Shown: in pieces, positions 13,928 to 26,990 of the stretch
Layout of the letters: each line of letters opens with the position of its first letter
Numbering within the stretch: position 1 is the first letter of the stretch
Assembly: GCF_006345805.1 (NCBI RefSeq)
Contig: NC_043004.1
Coordinates: forward strand, 69,626,001-69,690,000
DNA: 64,000 nt
Direction: 5' to 3'
Source of the DNA: Octopus sinensis
Lineage: Eukaryota
Made by a program: the position numbers and the translations under genes
Notes under the pieces: model-generated
Databases searched by the model: none
Told to the model about the DNA's origin: nothing
Seen by the model: only the letters and a program-made list of their open reading frames with translations

Positions 13928-14180
13928 GAAACTGAAAGAAGCCCGTCGTATATATGTATATATATATATGTGTGTGTATGTGTGTTTGTCCCCCTAGCAT
14001 TGCTTGACAACCGATGCTGGTGTGTTTATGTCCCCGTCACTTAGCAGTTCGGCAAAAGAGACCAATAGAATAAGTACTGGGCTTACAAAAAATAAGTCCT
14101 GGGGTCGAGTTGCTCAACTAAAGGTGGTGCTCCAGCATGGCCGCAGTCAAATGACTGAAACAAGTGAAAGAGAATGGAAG
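13928..14180 (+). mobile_element. 5'-truncated family A SINE with a 35-bp target-site duplication
   Basis: 13893-13927 is repeated at 14181-14215 with 2 mismatches. Confidence 0.85.
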
Positions 14181-14538
14181 AGAGTTTAAGATGAGTCCTT
14201 CCAAATATAGAGTTTATAAGCAATATAAGATTCCCTTACACTGTATATAAATTCCTTACTGGGAATGGCCAAGTTTAAAAATCTGCAGGATCTCACTCAT
14301 AAGGGAATCTTACATTGCTTAAGAACTCTATATTTGGAAGGACTCATATGAAACTCTGTTGGACTTTTGGACTTTATTCACAGGATATTGGAATATTGCA
14401 TATATACTACTATGCCAATAAAAAGGATTTTACAAATTTAATACCCATACATATCTTACATCTATTTTCTTTCCTCTACCTCACTCTCTATTTTGTATCA
14501 CATCTAAACTAACTATGACTTAATTTTCCTCTCACACC

Positions 14539-14590
14539 GTCTCCGATGAAGGGATATTATTAATTAATATCCTAGAAACAGCTGTTAGAC
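14539..14590 (+). ncRNA. Minimal type I hammerhead ribozyme-like motif (U4C core variant)
   Basis: gtct CCGATGA a gggatattattaattaatatcct a GAAAC agct GTT agac; palindromic stem III acagctgt. Confidence 0.7.
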
Positions 14591-15657
14591 CTTCTATCTA
14601 TAAATGCTCTAATATCTATACAGCCTTGGTGTTTTTGTTATCTCATTACGCAAACATTCATATATACACACGCTGACATAGAACCAATGTTGAACCCTTT
14701 ATTCACAAAATTACCGAATTTGGAACTTAACTATGGTCTGTCTATCGCACTTATTCAGCATTACCTGACACCTTTGGTCTCAATGACACCATTATCTCTT
14801 ATATATATGTATGTATGTATGTATATATATATACACACACAATGGGCTTCTTTCCTGTCTACCAAATCCACTCACAAGACTTTGGTCAACTTCAGTCTAT
14901 AGTAGTGTACCCAAGGTACCACACAGTGGGACTGAACCCAGATTCATGTGGTTGATAAGCAAGCTACTTACCACACAGCCACTCCTGCACCCATATATAT
15001 ATATATGTTTGTGTGTGTGTGTTTTTGTCTCCTCTACCACTTAACCACTGGAGTTGGTTTGTTTACTTCCCTGTAACTTAGTGGTTTGGCCCAAAGACAC
15101 TGACAGCATAAGTGCCAAACTTCAATAATTAAAAAAAGGGTATTTAGGCCAGTCTATCTGACTTAAAATTCTTCAAAGTCATGCCACACCATAGCTGCAG
15201 TCATGTGACTGGGGCAAGTAAACGGTAAAGAGTAAATGGAAGCATTTGTCAGTGCTTGCAAGCAATTTACCAACTCCTCAAATCATCTCTCAGAGTTTTC
15301 TCTCCTCATCTTCTCTGTTATTTCTGTATTTTGGTCTCTTAGAATCTCCACTTTCTTGTCCACAGATACAAATATACATTAAATTGCACACTCACACGCA
15401 TACACATGCACCACACGTGCACACACATTTCTCTATACATTCACACACACAAGTCACTACGCATTCACACACACATTTTACTATACATTCACACACACAC
15501 AATTCACTACACATCTACACACACACACACACTTCACTATACATTCACACACACTGTTCACTACACATTCACACACACCACACATACAATACACACACCA
15601 CACATTTCACTATACATTCACACATAACACACACACATGTGCACACATTTCACTACT

Positions 15658-15696
<39 letters not shown>

Positions 15697-15815
15697 ACAT
15701 ACACTGAGGCACACTCACTCATTGACACATACACACACTCAAATTTAGATACGCATCTTTGAATATTTCTTCCTTATTAATCTTTTATTTTTATTGTTGT
15801 TATTTGCATCTTCTT

Positions 15816-15860
<45 letters not shown>

Positions 15861-16165
15861 TCTTAAGTATATTTTCAACTGATTCTGCAAATTTTATATT
15901 TACATATGAATTATTGAAGCATGTGTGTTTATTTACACTTGAAAGGCCTCTGTAATAGTGAGCAGTCAACTATGAAGATTTTTGCTGCTAAAGCTCTTTC
16001 TCTCTCTCTCTCATTCTTTCTCTCTTTGCCCATCACTCTATCTCTCTCTCTCCCACTCCTTTTTCTCTTAATCTCTTTATCGCTTTTTGACTCTATCTCA
16101 CACACACACACGTATTAAACCCTCTTATACATGCACATTAATTTGATTTTTCTTGTTCTGAATGT

Positions 16166-16217
<52 letters not shown>

Positions 16218-16262
16218 CAGAGAGAGAGAGAGTAAAAGAACTGTCTGCATTGTAAATATCGT

Positions 16263-17640
16263 CTACAGGGTGCACGGATGGTATGATGATTTCTCTGGAA
16301 AAAATAGAACAGTATTTTTATTTTTTGAGGTATATTTGTCAAATTTAGGTCAGTTTGTCTTCATGACATGTTCTGTCAATCTCACTCAATGGACTCACCT
16401 TTGACCTCAATGACAGCCTCCAGGCAACCTTGGAACCAGTCACAGGCTTTTGTCATTATCTCTCGCTTTAGATTCCACCCCTCAAGCCCCTGGCAATCCT
16501 GGCCTGCAGCCCCTCCTTCGTGTTGCAGCTAGATTTGTAAGTCTCCACCATATTCCACACAAAAAAGTAGAGGGAATTGCAATTAGACAAGTTGGGAGGC
16601 CAAATGTCATGTGCTGTGTGATCAAAAAATTCTCCAATAGCCAGGCCTGGGTCTTCCATCCAGTGTGGCTGGACACAGGGTCTGGCTGCCTCACAGTATG
16701 CACTCTCTGCAGCTACCCAGTCACTCCAGAGATTCACAACCTCACCGACAACATGGATGTGGCTGTCAGTGTTCAGCCTGAGGCTCTCAACGAAGAAGTG
16801 GGGTGCCATGACATCACTTTCACTATGGATAACACCGAAGACCATGATTGCCTCTGGAAATATCGTCTGCATGACTCTAGATACATCTTTGGGTAAAACA
16901 GTGAGCCACCTGTTGTTCTGGGAGTTGATCTTCTGGTCTTGGCAGAAATTCTCCTCATTGGAGAACAACAGCATGTCTAGCTCCAGCAGGTTTCAACTTG
17001 TTGATCACTTCTTATTTCTTTATTGCCCACAAGGGGCTAAACATAGAGGGACAAACATGGACAGACAAAGGGATAAAGTCGATTACATTGACCCCAGTGT
17101 GCAACTGGTACTTAATTTATCGACCCCCGAAAGGATGAAAAGCAAAGTAGACCTCAGCAGAATTTGAACTCAGAACATAATGGCAGACGAAATACCGCTA
17201 AGCATTTCGCCCAGCGTGCTAACGTTTCTGCCAGCCCGCCGCCTTTTGTTGATCACTTGTTGGTGTTCAGGTGTTGCTTTTGCAGCATCCCTTCCTCATC
17301 TTGTATGAAAAGCAGTGAATATCCTCACGCACCACCACCAGCCTAATGAGCTTTTCATTGTCATCTTTCTCCCTTGCAATGACACCCATCAGCTTGCTGG
17401 GATCATTGTTGATGATTTCCTGGATTTCAGCAACAAATTCCAGTATTCTGTGTGGTGTCTGATCATTAATCATGGGATTTTCTCTCTGCTGTCCCCTTAT
17501 AGCTGGGAGGTCAAAAGTCTCCCAGCTCCTTTCTGACCTTTTCCACCATCCTTCTGCTGATGTTGAGGAAGTCTGAAATCTTGTTTGTCCTTCCAGTGCA
17601 GATTTCAAGGAGGGCTCCATGTCCCTTTCACAAATTGGGG
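16263..17640 (-). mobile_element. Tc1/mariner-superfamily (maT/DD37D-like) transposase pseudogene, interrupted by a SINE
   Basis: ORF pieces read IQEIINNDPSKLMGVIARE (HTH), FSNEENFCQDQKINSQNNRW, IMVFGVIHSESDVMAPHFF, WPPNLSNCNSLYFFVW; ta|cagggtg end near 16264. Frameshifts present and the other TIR was not located. Confidence 0.85.
17011..17245 (-). mobile_element. Family B SINE inserted in the transposase
   Basis: 13-bp TSD ttgttgatcactt (16998-17010 / 17246-17258). Confidence 0.9.
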
Positions 17641-18067
17641 AGGTTCAAAATTTTCTAGTCAATCATTCTACAAAAAAAAAAAATAAAGCAAAAATAGTTA
17701 TGTTTTTAAGGAAAAAAAGACTGACAACAAAACTTTAAAAAATGTATAAAATTAGCAGTTAAAAATTATGAACAAATGCCATCCACAAGCTATATGTAGG
17801 TGAATCTACACCTTGATATGAGAAAGTGAGCAGTACCTTCTCCAATACTCAATTACTCAGTTGTTAAATAAAGTGGTACCTTTCTATAAAGCTTTGCTGA
17901 CTGAAGTTTAAGAAGTTAATGTACCGTAGCTAAAGTCACACAACTTAGTCACTCCTCATTGATATTTGTTATCCTGTACAACTTGTGTGTGTGCAAGCAT
18001 GACTGTGTAGTTAAGATGTTTGGTTCCCCCCCCCTACATGGTTTCAGGTTCAGTACCTTAGGCATGG

Positions 18068-18402
18068 TAAAGACCCCCTTCAGTCATGAATGACCATGGG
18101 ATTGTATCTAGAAAGTTCCCCTCCAAGACACAAGTCCAGGCAAGATTGTTTATGGAAGACCAGCAGTCGGCCATGCATGCCAGCCTCTCTTCTCCATGCC
18201 ACCGATATTATCCAAGAGAAAGCAAAGTCCAACACAACTTGGCACTATTGACCTCGCAACTCATTTCTACAGCTGAGTGAAGTAGCGCAACATGAAATAA
18301 AGTGTCTTGCTCAAGAACACAGCACAGAGCCCAGTCTGGGAATCGAACTCACTGCCTCATGATTGTGAGTTTGATGCTCTAACCACTTAGCCATACACCT
18401 TC
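18068..18402 (-). mobile_element. Family C tRNA-derived SINE
   Basis: Reverse complement aligns with 42858-43190. Confidence 0.85.
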
Positions 18403-18492
18403 ATGTCTTGGGCAAGTGTGTACTATTAAAGCTGTGGTCTAGAGCAAAGCTTTGAGAGTGGATTTGAGAGATAGAAACTGAAACTAGCCCCT

Positions 18493-18533
<41 letters not shown>

Positions 18534-18593
18534 TTAGTTGCTGTGTCTTTGTCTTGATGCTATGTGACGGATGGACACTAATGTCACTATTAA

Positions 18594-18815
18594 GGCGGCG
18601 AGCTGGCAGAATCATTAGGATGCCGGGCGAAATGCGTTGCCGGATTTCGTCTGCCGTTAGGTTCTGGGTTCAAATTCCGCCGAGGTCCACTTTGCCTTTC
18701 ATCCTTTCAGGGTCGATAAATTAAGTACCAGTTACGCACTGGAGTCGATGTAATCGACTTAATCCGTTTGTTTGTCCTCTCTGTGTTTAGCCCCTTGTGG
18801 GCAGTAAAGAAATAA
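18594..18815 (+). mobile_element. Family B SINE
   Basis: Near-consensus copy flanked by the duplication actaatgtcac(t/c)att. Confidence 0.9.
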
Positions 18816-19524
18816 CTAATGTCACCATTATGCAAGTAATGTTTGTTTCGTGTCTCCTGTAAAAACATGTAAGTGTTTGTGACAGGAAGGGCATCCAGCC
18901 ATGGAAAAAAATCTGCCTCAACAAATTCTGTCTGATCCACGCAAGCAATGAAAAGTGAATGTCAAAACGATGAAGATGGAGAAGGTGTGTGTGTGTGTGT
19001 GTGTGTTTGTAAATTTATTAGCTGCGATGGTTTGTCAACTGCTATTCAGCCCTTTGTTGACCAAGAGCAATGTCTTGTATTTTCATGGGAGATAGAACAA
19101 TAAATTTTATAATTGGATTTATATTACCATTATATCATTGCATATTTAATTATCATCATTGTTTTCCAATGTTTGTTTGAAGAACCATTTCTGTGTGTAG
19201 GCTGCTGTTTGAATTTTCCTTCAAAATAAAAAAAAAAAACAATCTTCTGCGACAATAATGAAACATAAGAATGGAGCAGAAGATGTCTTTCTGTTTTTTG
19301 TTTGTTTATATTTTTAATTTTTTAAATTTTTTATTTGAATAGAATAGTCTTTGAGGAATTGTCAAGTACATCAGTGCTGCTTTGTGTAGTTTTCTTCCGT
19401 TTGTCCATATTGTTTCTGTCTATTCTGAAGCGTGACACATGATACAAAGTAATGTTTTGTTTGTTTGTTTGTTTGTGTGTTCCTTCATTTGTTCATTCCT
19501 TCTTGTGTTTCGTTGCTGAGTGTG

Positions 19525-19712
19525 GTGATGACGATGATGACAACCAAGATGAAGGTGATGATGACAATGTTAATGATGATGGTAATGGTGATGATAATAT
19601 TGATGATAATAATAATGGTAGTGATGATGATGATGTCTATGATGAAGGTAATGGTGATGAAAATGATGATGATGATGGTGGCGGTGGTGAGGATGATGAC
19701 AATGACAACAAT
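19525..19712. repeat. Degenerate (GAT)n trinucleotide tract
   Basis: Direct inspection. Confidence 0.9.
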
Positions 19713-20670
19713 GTTTAGAAGGTGTTTGCATATCTTTTCAGCCTTAGATAAACTGGCAATGTCACGTCGTGGTGGTGGTGGTGGTCGTCGTCGTCGTCGT
19801 CGTTGTGGCAACAGTGGGGGCGGCAGTGGTGGTGGTGGTGAAGGGGATGTAGAGGAGATATTCTTCCCTTGTGCAAGTCTTGATTAAAAGCTAAAATGCA
19901 TTCCCTGAAGTATGTCCGAAAACAATGTGCTCAAAAGCGGTAAATCCTGCAGCCATCAAACAACAACAACAACAACGGAACTGTCATCACCATACTGCTA
20001 ATCAAACCAAAAAAATCAAACCAGACCAAATCAAACCAAACCATATCAAACTAAACAATGTTTTAATGAACAAGCTTCTTCAAATGCTAGAAATAATAGC
20101 GAAATTTCTTTGCCGAATCATCCCATCTCTCTGTATATCTAAGACTGTTATGTTGTCCAACGTTTCCTTCCTTTTTGTAAGATGGTTAGGATGTGATTAG
20201 GATAGATTTAACTGCTATGTTCAGCAGGTCAAATGACTGCATAGAAGCTTGCTTGTTGACATAATCATTGTTTGTAGACTGTGTGAACCAGTTTTATTGA
20301 ATTTAATGTTTGCTGGTTGTTACCATTATTGATCTTGGTGTTCAATATCATTAATTGTAGATCTTGGTGTTCGATATCATTATTTGTACATCTTAGTATT
20401 CAGTATCATTATTTGTAGATATTGATAATCAATCAATACATTATTTGTAGATCTTTGTGGTCAATCAATATCTTTGATCTGTAGATTTTGGTGATTGATA
20501 TCATTGTTTCTAGAATTTGTAGGTCGGCTCTTATTCATTTATTGAATTTGTAGTTTACTGTTGTTCTTTATAGATGTAGCTATGAGTTTGTATCAAGTCT
20601 GTATCAATCATAGGAACATACAACAGTTACTTTACCAATTGGTCCACCAGAAGAAGAAAAAAATCAACAA

Positions 20671-21018
20671 GTGCAGGCATGGCTGTGTGGTAAAAAGCCT
20701 GCTTCTCAACCACATGGTTCCAGGTTCAGTCTCACTGGGTGGCACCTTGGGCAAGTGTCTTCTACTCTAGTCTCAGGCCAACCAAAGACTTGTGAGTAAA
20801 TTTGGTAGACGGAAACTGTGTGTGTTTGTCCCTCATTACCATGTGACAACCAGTGTTGGTTTGTTTGCATCCCTGTAGCTTGGTAGTTCAGCAAAGGAGA
20901 CTGATAGAATAAGTACTGGGCTTTAAAAAATAAGTCTTGGGGTCAATTTGTTCGACTAAACCCCCTCAAGGCAGTGCTCCAGCATGGCTGTAATCAAATG
21001 ACTGAAACAAGTAAAAAG
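20671..21018 (+). mobile_element. Family A SINE (older variant) just upstream of the first GRK exon
   Basis: Head, body and tail motifs as in 4894-5322. Confidence 0.85.
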
Positions 21019-21149
21019 ATTACAAAAAAATTACCCTTTCTCCCAATCTTCTACACCAAAAAGCTAGTTGGTTACCCTGATTCTGTATCTTTATTTAATA
21101 CCATTCATTGTTGCCATTCAATTCTATGTTTGTCTTTTTCTCATTGCAG

Positions 21150-21227
21150 GAAGAATATGAAATCAGTCCCGATGAAAAACGGCCTTCCATTGCCCAGATG
21201 GTGTTTGATAAATACCTTAGCTCAGAG
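21150..21227 (+). CDS. GRK5: Internal coding exon of a GRK4/5/6-subfamily (Gprk2-like) G protein-coupled receptor kinase, RGS-homology domain
   Basis: Polypyrimidine tract with ttgcag| acceptor and GAG|gtatgt donor. 78 nt, phase 0-0, reads EEYEISPDEKRPSIAQMVFDKYLSSE, which matches the GRK5/6 segment AEYEVTPDEK...IMTKYL. From memory the vertebrate GRK5 exon here is also 78 nt. Confidence 0.88.
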
Positions 21228-21310
21228 GTATGTTAATTTAAAGCTTATCTGCTTTTATAATACAATAGTTTGCAAGATACTTTATGTGAATTTGTGTGTT
21301 GAACAAATTT

Positions 21311-21550
21311 TGTTTTGTCTGGGGAGGCATACTGCCTTAATATCTAACACACTCACTGGTTAATTTCCACTCATTTATTACATCTTTTCTTTTCCACAAT
21401 TTTCATTGCTTTTGAGTCTCAGCATCCATTGACAAGGTTTCAAAAGCAACGAAATTTTTGAAAAGAACAAATATGAATAATATATGAGTGGAAATTGAAC
21501 CGGTGAGCATGCTTGATATCAAGCCAGTATGATTCTCCCCAGACACAACA
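21311..21550. mobile_element. Foldback element (same family as 8681-9260) starting 84 nt downstream of the first GRK exon
   Basis: tgttttgtctggggag ... ctccccagacacaaca; right arm tcca TTGACAA g gtt tcaaaagc aac GAAA at 21425-21454. Confidence 0.75.
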
Positions 21551-22256
21551 CAACTAATTCTCTCCACCTTAAAAAGAAAAAATGTGTTAAGAAAATATTT
21601 CATTTGATATGTGTCAAAGACTGCAAACTGGTAGAATTGTTAGCAGACTGGGCAAAAATATTTAGCAGCATTTCGTCCACATTTACATTCTGAGTTCAAA
21701 TTCCACCAAAGTTGACTTTGCCTTTCATCTTTTCAGAGGTCAACAAAATAAGTACCTGTTACACACTGGAGGTCAATGTAATCATCTATCTCCATCTCTC
21801 AAAATTCAGGCCTTGTGCCAAGAGTAGAAAGGATTATTAAGCCAGAGGCATAAGGCAGCGAGATGGCAGAATCTTTAGCATGGTGGACAAATTGCTTAGC
21901 AGCATTTCATCCATCTTTATGTTATGAGCTCAAATTCTGCTGAGGTTGACTTTGCCTGTCATCCTTTCAGGGGTCAATAAAATAAGTACCTGTTAGACAC
22001 TGTCAATGTAATTGACATGCCCTTCCCCTCAAAAATGATTGGCCTTGTGTAAAAATTTGAAGCCATTACTTCATATATGTTGTGTAAGAGAGGATGCAGA
22101 GAGTGGATCACAAAATGGTGTTGTGGAGTTGGACTTGTGTTTTGAGATGCACAACATCCCACCACCATTTCTGTCGCTCTGTATGTATGTATATATATCT
22201 ATCTGTATATATGTATTTATATATGGGTGTGTGTGTGTATATATATATTATATATT

Positions 22257-22537
22257 ACTCTTTTACTCTTTTACTTGTTTAAGTCATTTGACTGCAGCCA
22301 TGCTGGAGCACCGCCTTTAGTCGAGCAAATTGACCCCGGGACTTATTCTTTGTAAGCCCAGTACTTATTCTATCGGTCTCTTTTGCCGAACCGCTAAGTG
22401 ACGGGGACGTAAACACACCAGCATCGATTGTCAAGCAATGTTAGGGAGACAAACACAGACACACATACACACACATACATATATATATATATATACGACA
22501 GGCTTCTTTCAGTTTCCGTCTACCAAATCCACTCACA
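22257..22537 (-). mobile_element. Family A SINE lacking its head
   Basis: Reverse complement of the consensus 3' two-thirds; cut off by the element at 22538. Confidence 0.9.
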
Positions 22538-22995
22538 TACCGAAAATTTAGAAATAGCAGCCAAAGACACCTCATTTCTTTTTACTACAGAAATGATTCC
22601 ACAGATAACAATATTTGTAACTCACGTAGGCAAAAAGAAGAAAAAAATAATGAAATCAAACAGTCTTCAATTAATTATGGATGTGTTTCTGGATTAGAAT
22701 TATACAAATTCATTTCCATCATCAATATAATATTTCGAGAATTTTTTGCCTATGTGAGTTACAAATATTGTCATCTGTGGAGTCATATCTCTAGTAAAAA
22801 GAAATGAGGTGTCTTTGGCTGCTATTTCTAAGTTTTCGGTACGTGGTGAAGCAACTTGTTGCTTAACCCTTACTTATATTTAATTATATATAAAAACTTT
22901 TTGTAAAAGTTTCTACTGATAACGGTTCTCTTTCCATACTGAAACTACTTGGTAAAATTTATTAATTATTAAATTAATAATTCTTTACCCTAAAT
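22538..22995 (+). mobile_element. Penelope-type terminal fragment with a 100-bp inversion and a degenerate hammerhead
   Basis: Arms 22538-22637 / 22742-22841; CTGATAA cggt...act GAAAC tacttg GTA at 22916-22954; ends tttaccct before (TA)n, as at about 2100. Confidence 0.6.
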
Positions 22996-23012
22996 ATATA
23001 TAATATATATAT

Positions 23013-23415
23013 ATAGGCGCAGGAGTGGCTGTGTGGTAAGTAGCTTGTTTACCAACCACATGGTTCCGGGTTCAGTCCCACTGCGTGGCACCTTGGGCAA
23101 GTGTCTTCTACTATAGCCTTGGGCCAACCAAACCTTGTGAGCGGATTTGGTAGACGGAAACTGAAAGAAGCCCGTCGTATATATGTATATATATATATGT
23201 ATATATATATATGTATGTGTGTCTGTGTTTGTCCCCCTAGCATTGCTTGACAACCGATGCTGGTGTGTTTATGTCCCCGTCACTTAGCGGTTCGGCAAAA
23301 GAGACCGATAGAATAAGTACTGGGCTTACAAAGAATAAGTCCCAGGGTCAAGTTGCTCGATTAAAGGCAGTGCTCCAGCATGGCTACAGTCAAAATGACT
23401 GAAACAAGTAAAAAA
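23013..23415 (+). mobile_element. Family A SINE (full length, young)
   Basis: Near-consensus copy. Confidence 0.92.
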
Positions 23416-24453
23416 TATATATATATATATAGAAAACAGAAACCATTGACTGAAACCATTCAAGGTAGTGCCCCAGCATGGCCACAGTCAAAATGACTGA
23501 AGCAAGTGAAAAAACAAGGTAACTACTACAGTCTTGCCCTTCTGCTACAACTATGATACACACACGTACAGTACAGTATCACCTGTTAACATTGATGGTT
23601 GGTGACTACTGAAGCACAACACAGAAATTAGTTGGCACGGTTTAACGATAAAATACAGGTGACCAGGTAGATATAGACATTACCTGCCTGCTAATCATTT
23701 TCTCACCTCTACCGCCATCCGCAACCACTCCTAATTATAGGTTTTTATGCTTTGGATATAAACAGTAATTATAGAAGGCAGTGGCTACCTGTTACACAAG
23801 GAGGTGTGAATGTGTGTGTGTGTACTTTTCCTTGTTGACTAGTATATAATTATGAGATATTATCATTAAAGTGGAGGAAGATTAGTGGACTGCTCTGACA
23901 TCAGTCAATAAATATTGAAAAAAAAAAATAGTTAAGGTTTTGTTTATTTGTTTAGCCTCACATCAGTCCTGATCAAGCAGACATATGTTCAAAGGCTTTC
24001 CAGCCAAGGCCATCATGTCTTCTGTGCTAGGAAATTACGGGTGTGTTATCCAACATCTTTTTCTTATTTTTTGTTAGAATTTGGGCTGAAGATCTGGCTA
24101 GTATTTCTAGCATCTCCAGTGACCTTGTAGTGGCTCCCTCATTAGAAAAAAAAGTGTATAATTTTCTTTGGGGTTAGCTGGCTCCTTTCATCAGACGTTT
24201 ACAGTGACCTTATTCAGAACATGTTTAAACATTGTCCTATTTTGTAAATTGAATATTTGAGATTTGTTCATAGGTGCAGGCGTGTCTGTGTGGTTCCCTT
24301 CCCAATTGCATGGTTCTGGGTTCAGTCCCATTGCATAGCACCTTCAGCAAGTGTCTTCTTCTATAACATCCACATTTTCCAAATGTGAAATTTTCTGAAC
24401 AGAAACTTTATGAAAGTGGACTTTCATACATATATATATATATATTATATATA

Positions 24454-24856
24454 GTAGGTGTAGGAGTGGCTGTGTGGTAAGTAGCTTGCTTACGAACCAC
24501 ATGATTCCAGGTTCAGTCCCAATGTGTGGCCCCTTGGGCAAGTGTCTTCTACTATAGCCTTGGGCTGACCAAAGCCTTGTGAGTGGATTTTGTTGACAGA
24601 AACTGAAAGAAGCTTGTTGTATATATATATGTGTGTGTGTATGCATATGTTTGTGTGTCTGTGTTTGTCCCCCTAACATCGCTGGACAACTGATGCTGGT
24701 GTGTTTACATCCCCATAACTTAGCGGTTTGGCAAAAGAGACCAATAGAATAAGTACTAGGCTTACAAAGAATAAGTCCTGGGGTCGATTTGCTCAACTAA
24801 AGGTGGTACTCCAGTGTGGCCACAGTCACATGACTGAAACAAGTAAAAGAGAGTAA
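24454..24856 (+). mobile_element. Family A SINE (full length)
   Basis: Near-consensus copy. Confidence 0.9.
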
Positions 24857-24859
24857 TGA

Positions 24860-24930
<71 letters not shown>

Positions 24931-25549
24931 GAGAGTGAGCTGTTTACCTGCTGCCCCTCTGTCAAACTCTAACTCTGATCACCTGGCACAAGACCACCTC
25001 CCCCAAAATCCACCCCCTTTTCAAAGGATCTTCGTCTTGCAAGTTACTTGGTGACCCCTGCTGGTGCTGGCACCACATAAAATGCACCCAGTCCATTCTT
25101 CTAGGTGGTTGGCATTAGGACAGTCATTCAGCCATAAAAATTGTGTTAAACCAGACAGTAAAGTCTGGTGCAATCCTCTGGCTTGCCAGCTCCTCTCAAA
25201 CTATTCGCAGTGGAGGCACATGACTTTGTCGTGGAGGTGTTGGACTCATGATCGTAAGATTGTGGTTTCAATTCCTGGACTGGGTGATGCATTGTGTTCT
25301 TGAGCCAAATACTTCGTTTTATGCTGCTCCAGTCCACTCAGCTGGCAAAAATGAGTAATCCTGTGTCGGAGCAGTGTTGTGTCTAGGTGGGAAATGTATA
25401 TGTCATGGAAACCAGCCCATATCAGTTGGCATGGCTCAAGAAAGTACCTTTTTTTTTTTTTTTACTTTAAACCATTCAAACCATGCCAGTATGGAAAACG
25501 GATGTTAAATGATGATGACAATGATGTGTGCACACACACAAACAAACAA

Positions 25550-25850
25550 ACACGTGGTGTATTCCAGGAGTCTTCAGACATTTTCAGGGGAGATATTTCT
25601 TAAATTTCAAAGAAGTAAGAAAATTCTAATCTCCTTTGAAGTAGGATCCTCTAACTCTGATACACTTGTTGTATCGCTGCAGCCACTTCCTGAAGGCCCC
25701 ATGGGATTCCTCCAAAGTAAAGCTATGCAAGACACGAATTACAGCCATCTTCGTCATCAAGATGACTATTCCTGAGATTCTCCTTCACTTTGGGAACCAA
25801 CCAAAAATCATGGAGAGAAAGAGCTGGACTGTAGGGACAGTGAGGGGCAG
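25550..25850 (-). mobile_element. mariner (DD34D-type) transposase C-terminal fragment
   Basis: Minus strand reads PHCPYSPALSLHDFW..PKVKENLR ... AFRKWLQRYNKCIRVRGSYFKGD* (YSPDL-like motif and the KC...G.YF motif). Confidence 0.8.
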
Positions 25851-25934
25851 TTTAGGGTTAATAAATGTACAGGGGGTGGGAGTAATTCTTGATGAGTTTC
25901 CACTTCCAACGAAGATCTTTTGGTTGTGTAGGTT

Positions 25935-26278
25935 CTCTTTTACTTGCAGACATGCTGGAGCACCACCTTGAGGATCTTTTTTAAAGCTTGGTACTTATTC
26001 TATCGGTCTCTTTTGCTGAAGTACTAAGTTACAGGAATGCAAACTCACAAACACTGTTGTCAAGTAGTAATGGGAACAAACACTGTCACAAAGACACACA
26101 CACATACATATATACGACGGGCTTCTTTCAGTTTCCATCTACCAAATCCACTCACAAGGCTTTGGTTGACCTGAGGCTATAGTAGAAGACACTTGCCAAA
26201 GGTGCCATGCAGTAGGACTGAACCTGGAACCATGTGGTTGGGAAGCAAACTTCTTATTACACAACCACTCCTGCACCT
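25935..26278 (-). mobile_element. Family A SINE
   Basis: Reverse-complement match to the consensus. Confidence 0.85.
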
Positions 26279-26704
26279 GAATAGGTTTGCATTAACAATA
26301 TCTCTTCATGTCTGTGGCAGTCCATTATCCTCTTCTCACCCTACAACCCCGGGTCTTCCTTAGTTTTTCTCTACTGCGTACCACCTTCACTGTAAGCACC
26401 AACACCATATGTGTGTGTGTGTGTGTCTGTGTGTGTACATGTATGTGTGTGCTCCCACACACTAAATAGAAATCACTTTAACTGATCGACCAACCTGCCA
26501 CCATGACTATTAAGTATTCTGTTTCAAGTTGTGAGTCCAAGTGAAGTATTTTGGTGGTTTCTGTTGAGAGGGTCATGTAGGTGTAAAAGAAGAGCAAGAG
26601 AGGGAGAGAGAGAGAGAGAAAGCAAGGCAGAGAGAAAAAGCAAGACACACAAAGAGAATGAAAGAGAGTAAGACAAAGAGAAAAGACAGAGCAAGCAAGA
26701 CAAA

Positions 26705-26990
26705 GAGTGAGAGAAAGAAAGAGTATGAGTTAGAGTGAGAGAAAGAAAGAGTATGAGTTAGAGTGAGAGAAAGAAAGAGTATGAGTTAGAGTGAGAGAAA
26801 GAAAGAGTATGAGTTAGAGTGAGAGAAAGAAAGAATATGAGTTAGAGAGAGAAAAAGAAAGAGTATGAGTCAGAGAGAGAAGGAGAAAGAGTATAAGTCA
26901 GAGAGTGAGAGAAAGAAAGAGTATGAGTTAAAGTGAGAGAAAGAAAGAGTATGAGTCAGAGAGAGAAGGAGAAAGAGTATAAGTCAGTGA
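26705..26990. repeat. 28-bp purine-rich minisatellite
   Basis: Unit gagtgagagaaagaaagagtatgagtta, about 10 copies, decaying to the right. Confidence 0.9.

Larger units (their letters stand above)
13270..14660 (+). mobile_element. Penelope-like non-coding remnant with two internal inversions and a 3' hammerhead
   Basis: Inverted arms 13393-13510 / 13610-13727, and 13847-13927 plus 14216-14239 / 14300-14400. Its 3' end (14539-14660) is homologous to the arms at 57261-57377 and 58070-58171; 13460-13605 is homologous to 40127-40275. Confidence 0.65.

Noticed and set aside
19452-19887. Poly-Asp, poly-Met and poly-Gly/Arg ORFs
   Set aside because: Trinucleotide repeat tracts with no splice signals or domain similarity.
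22990-23253. Recurring ORFs such as GYSRRHLPKVPRSGTEPGTMWL and AIVEDTCPRCHAVGLN
   Set aside because: Antisense translations of family A SINE copies, not a gene family.
26705-26990. 28-bp direct repeats suggestive of a CRISPR array
   Set aside because: Head-to-tail repeats with no unique spacers, in eukaryotic context with no cas genes.
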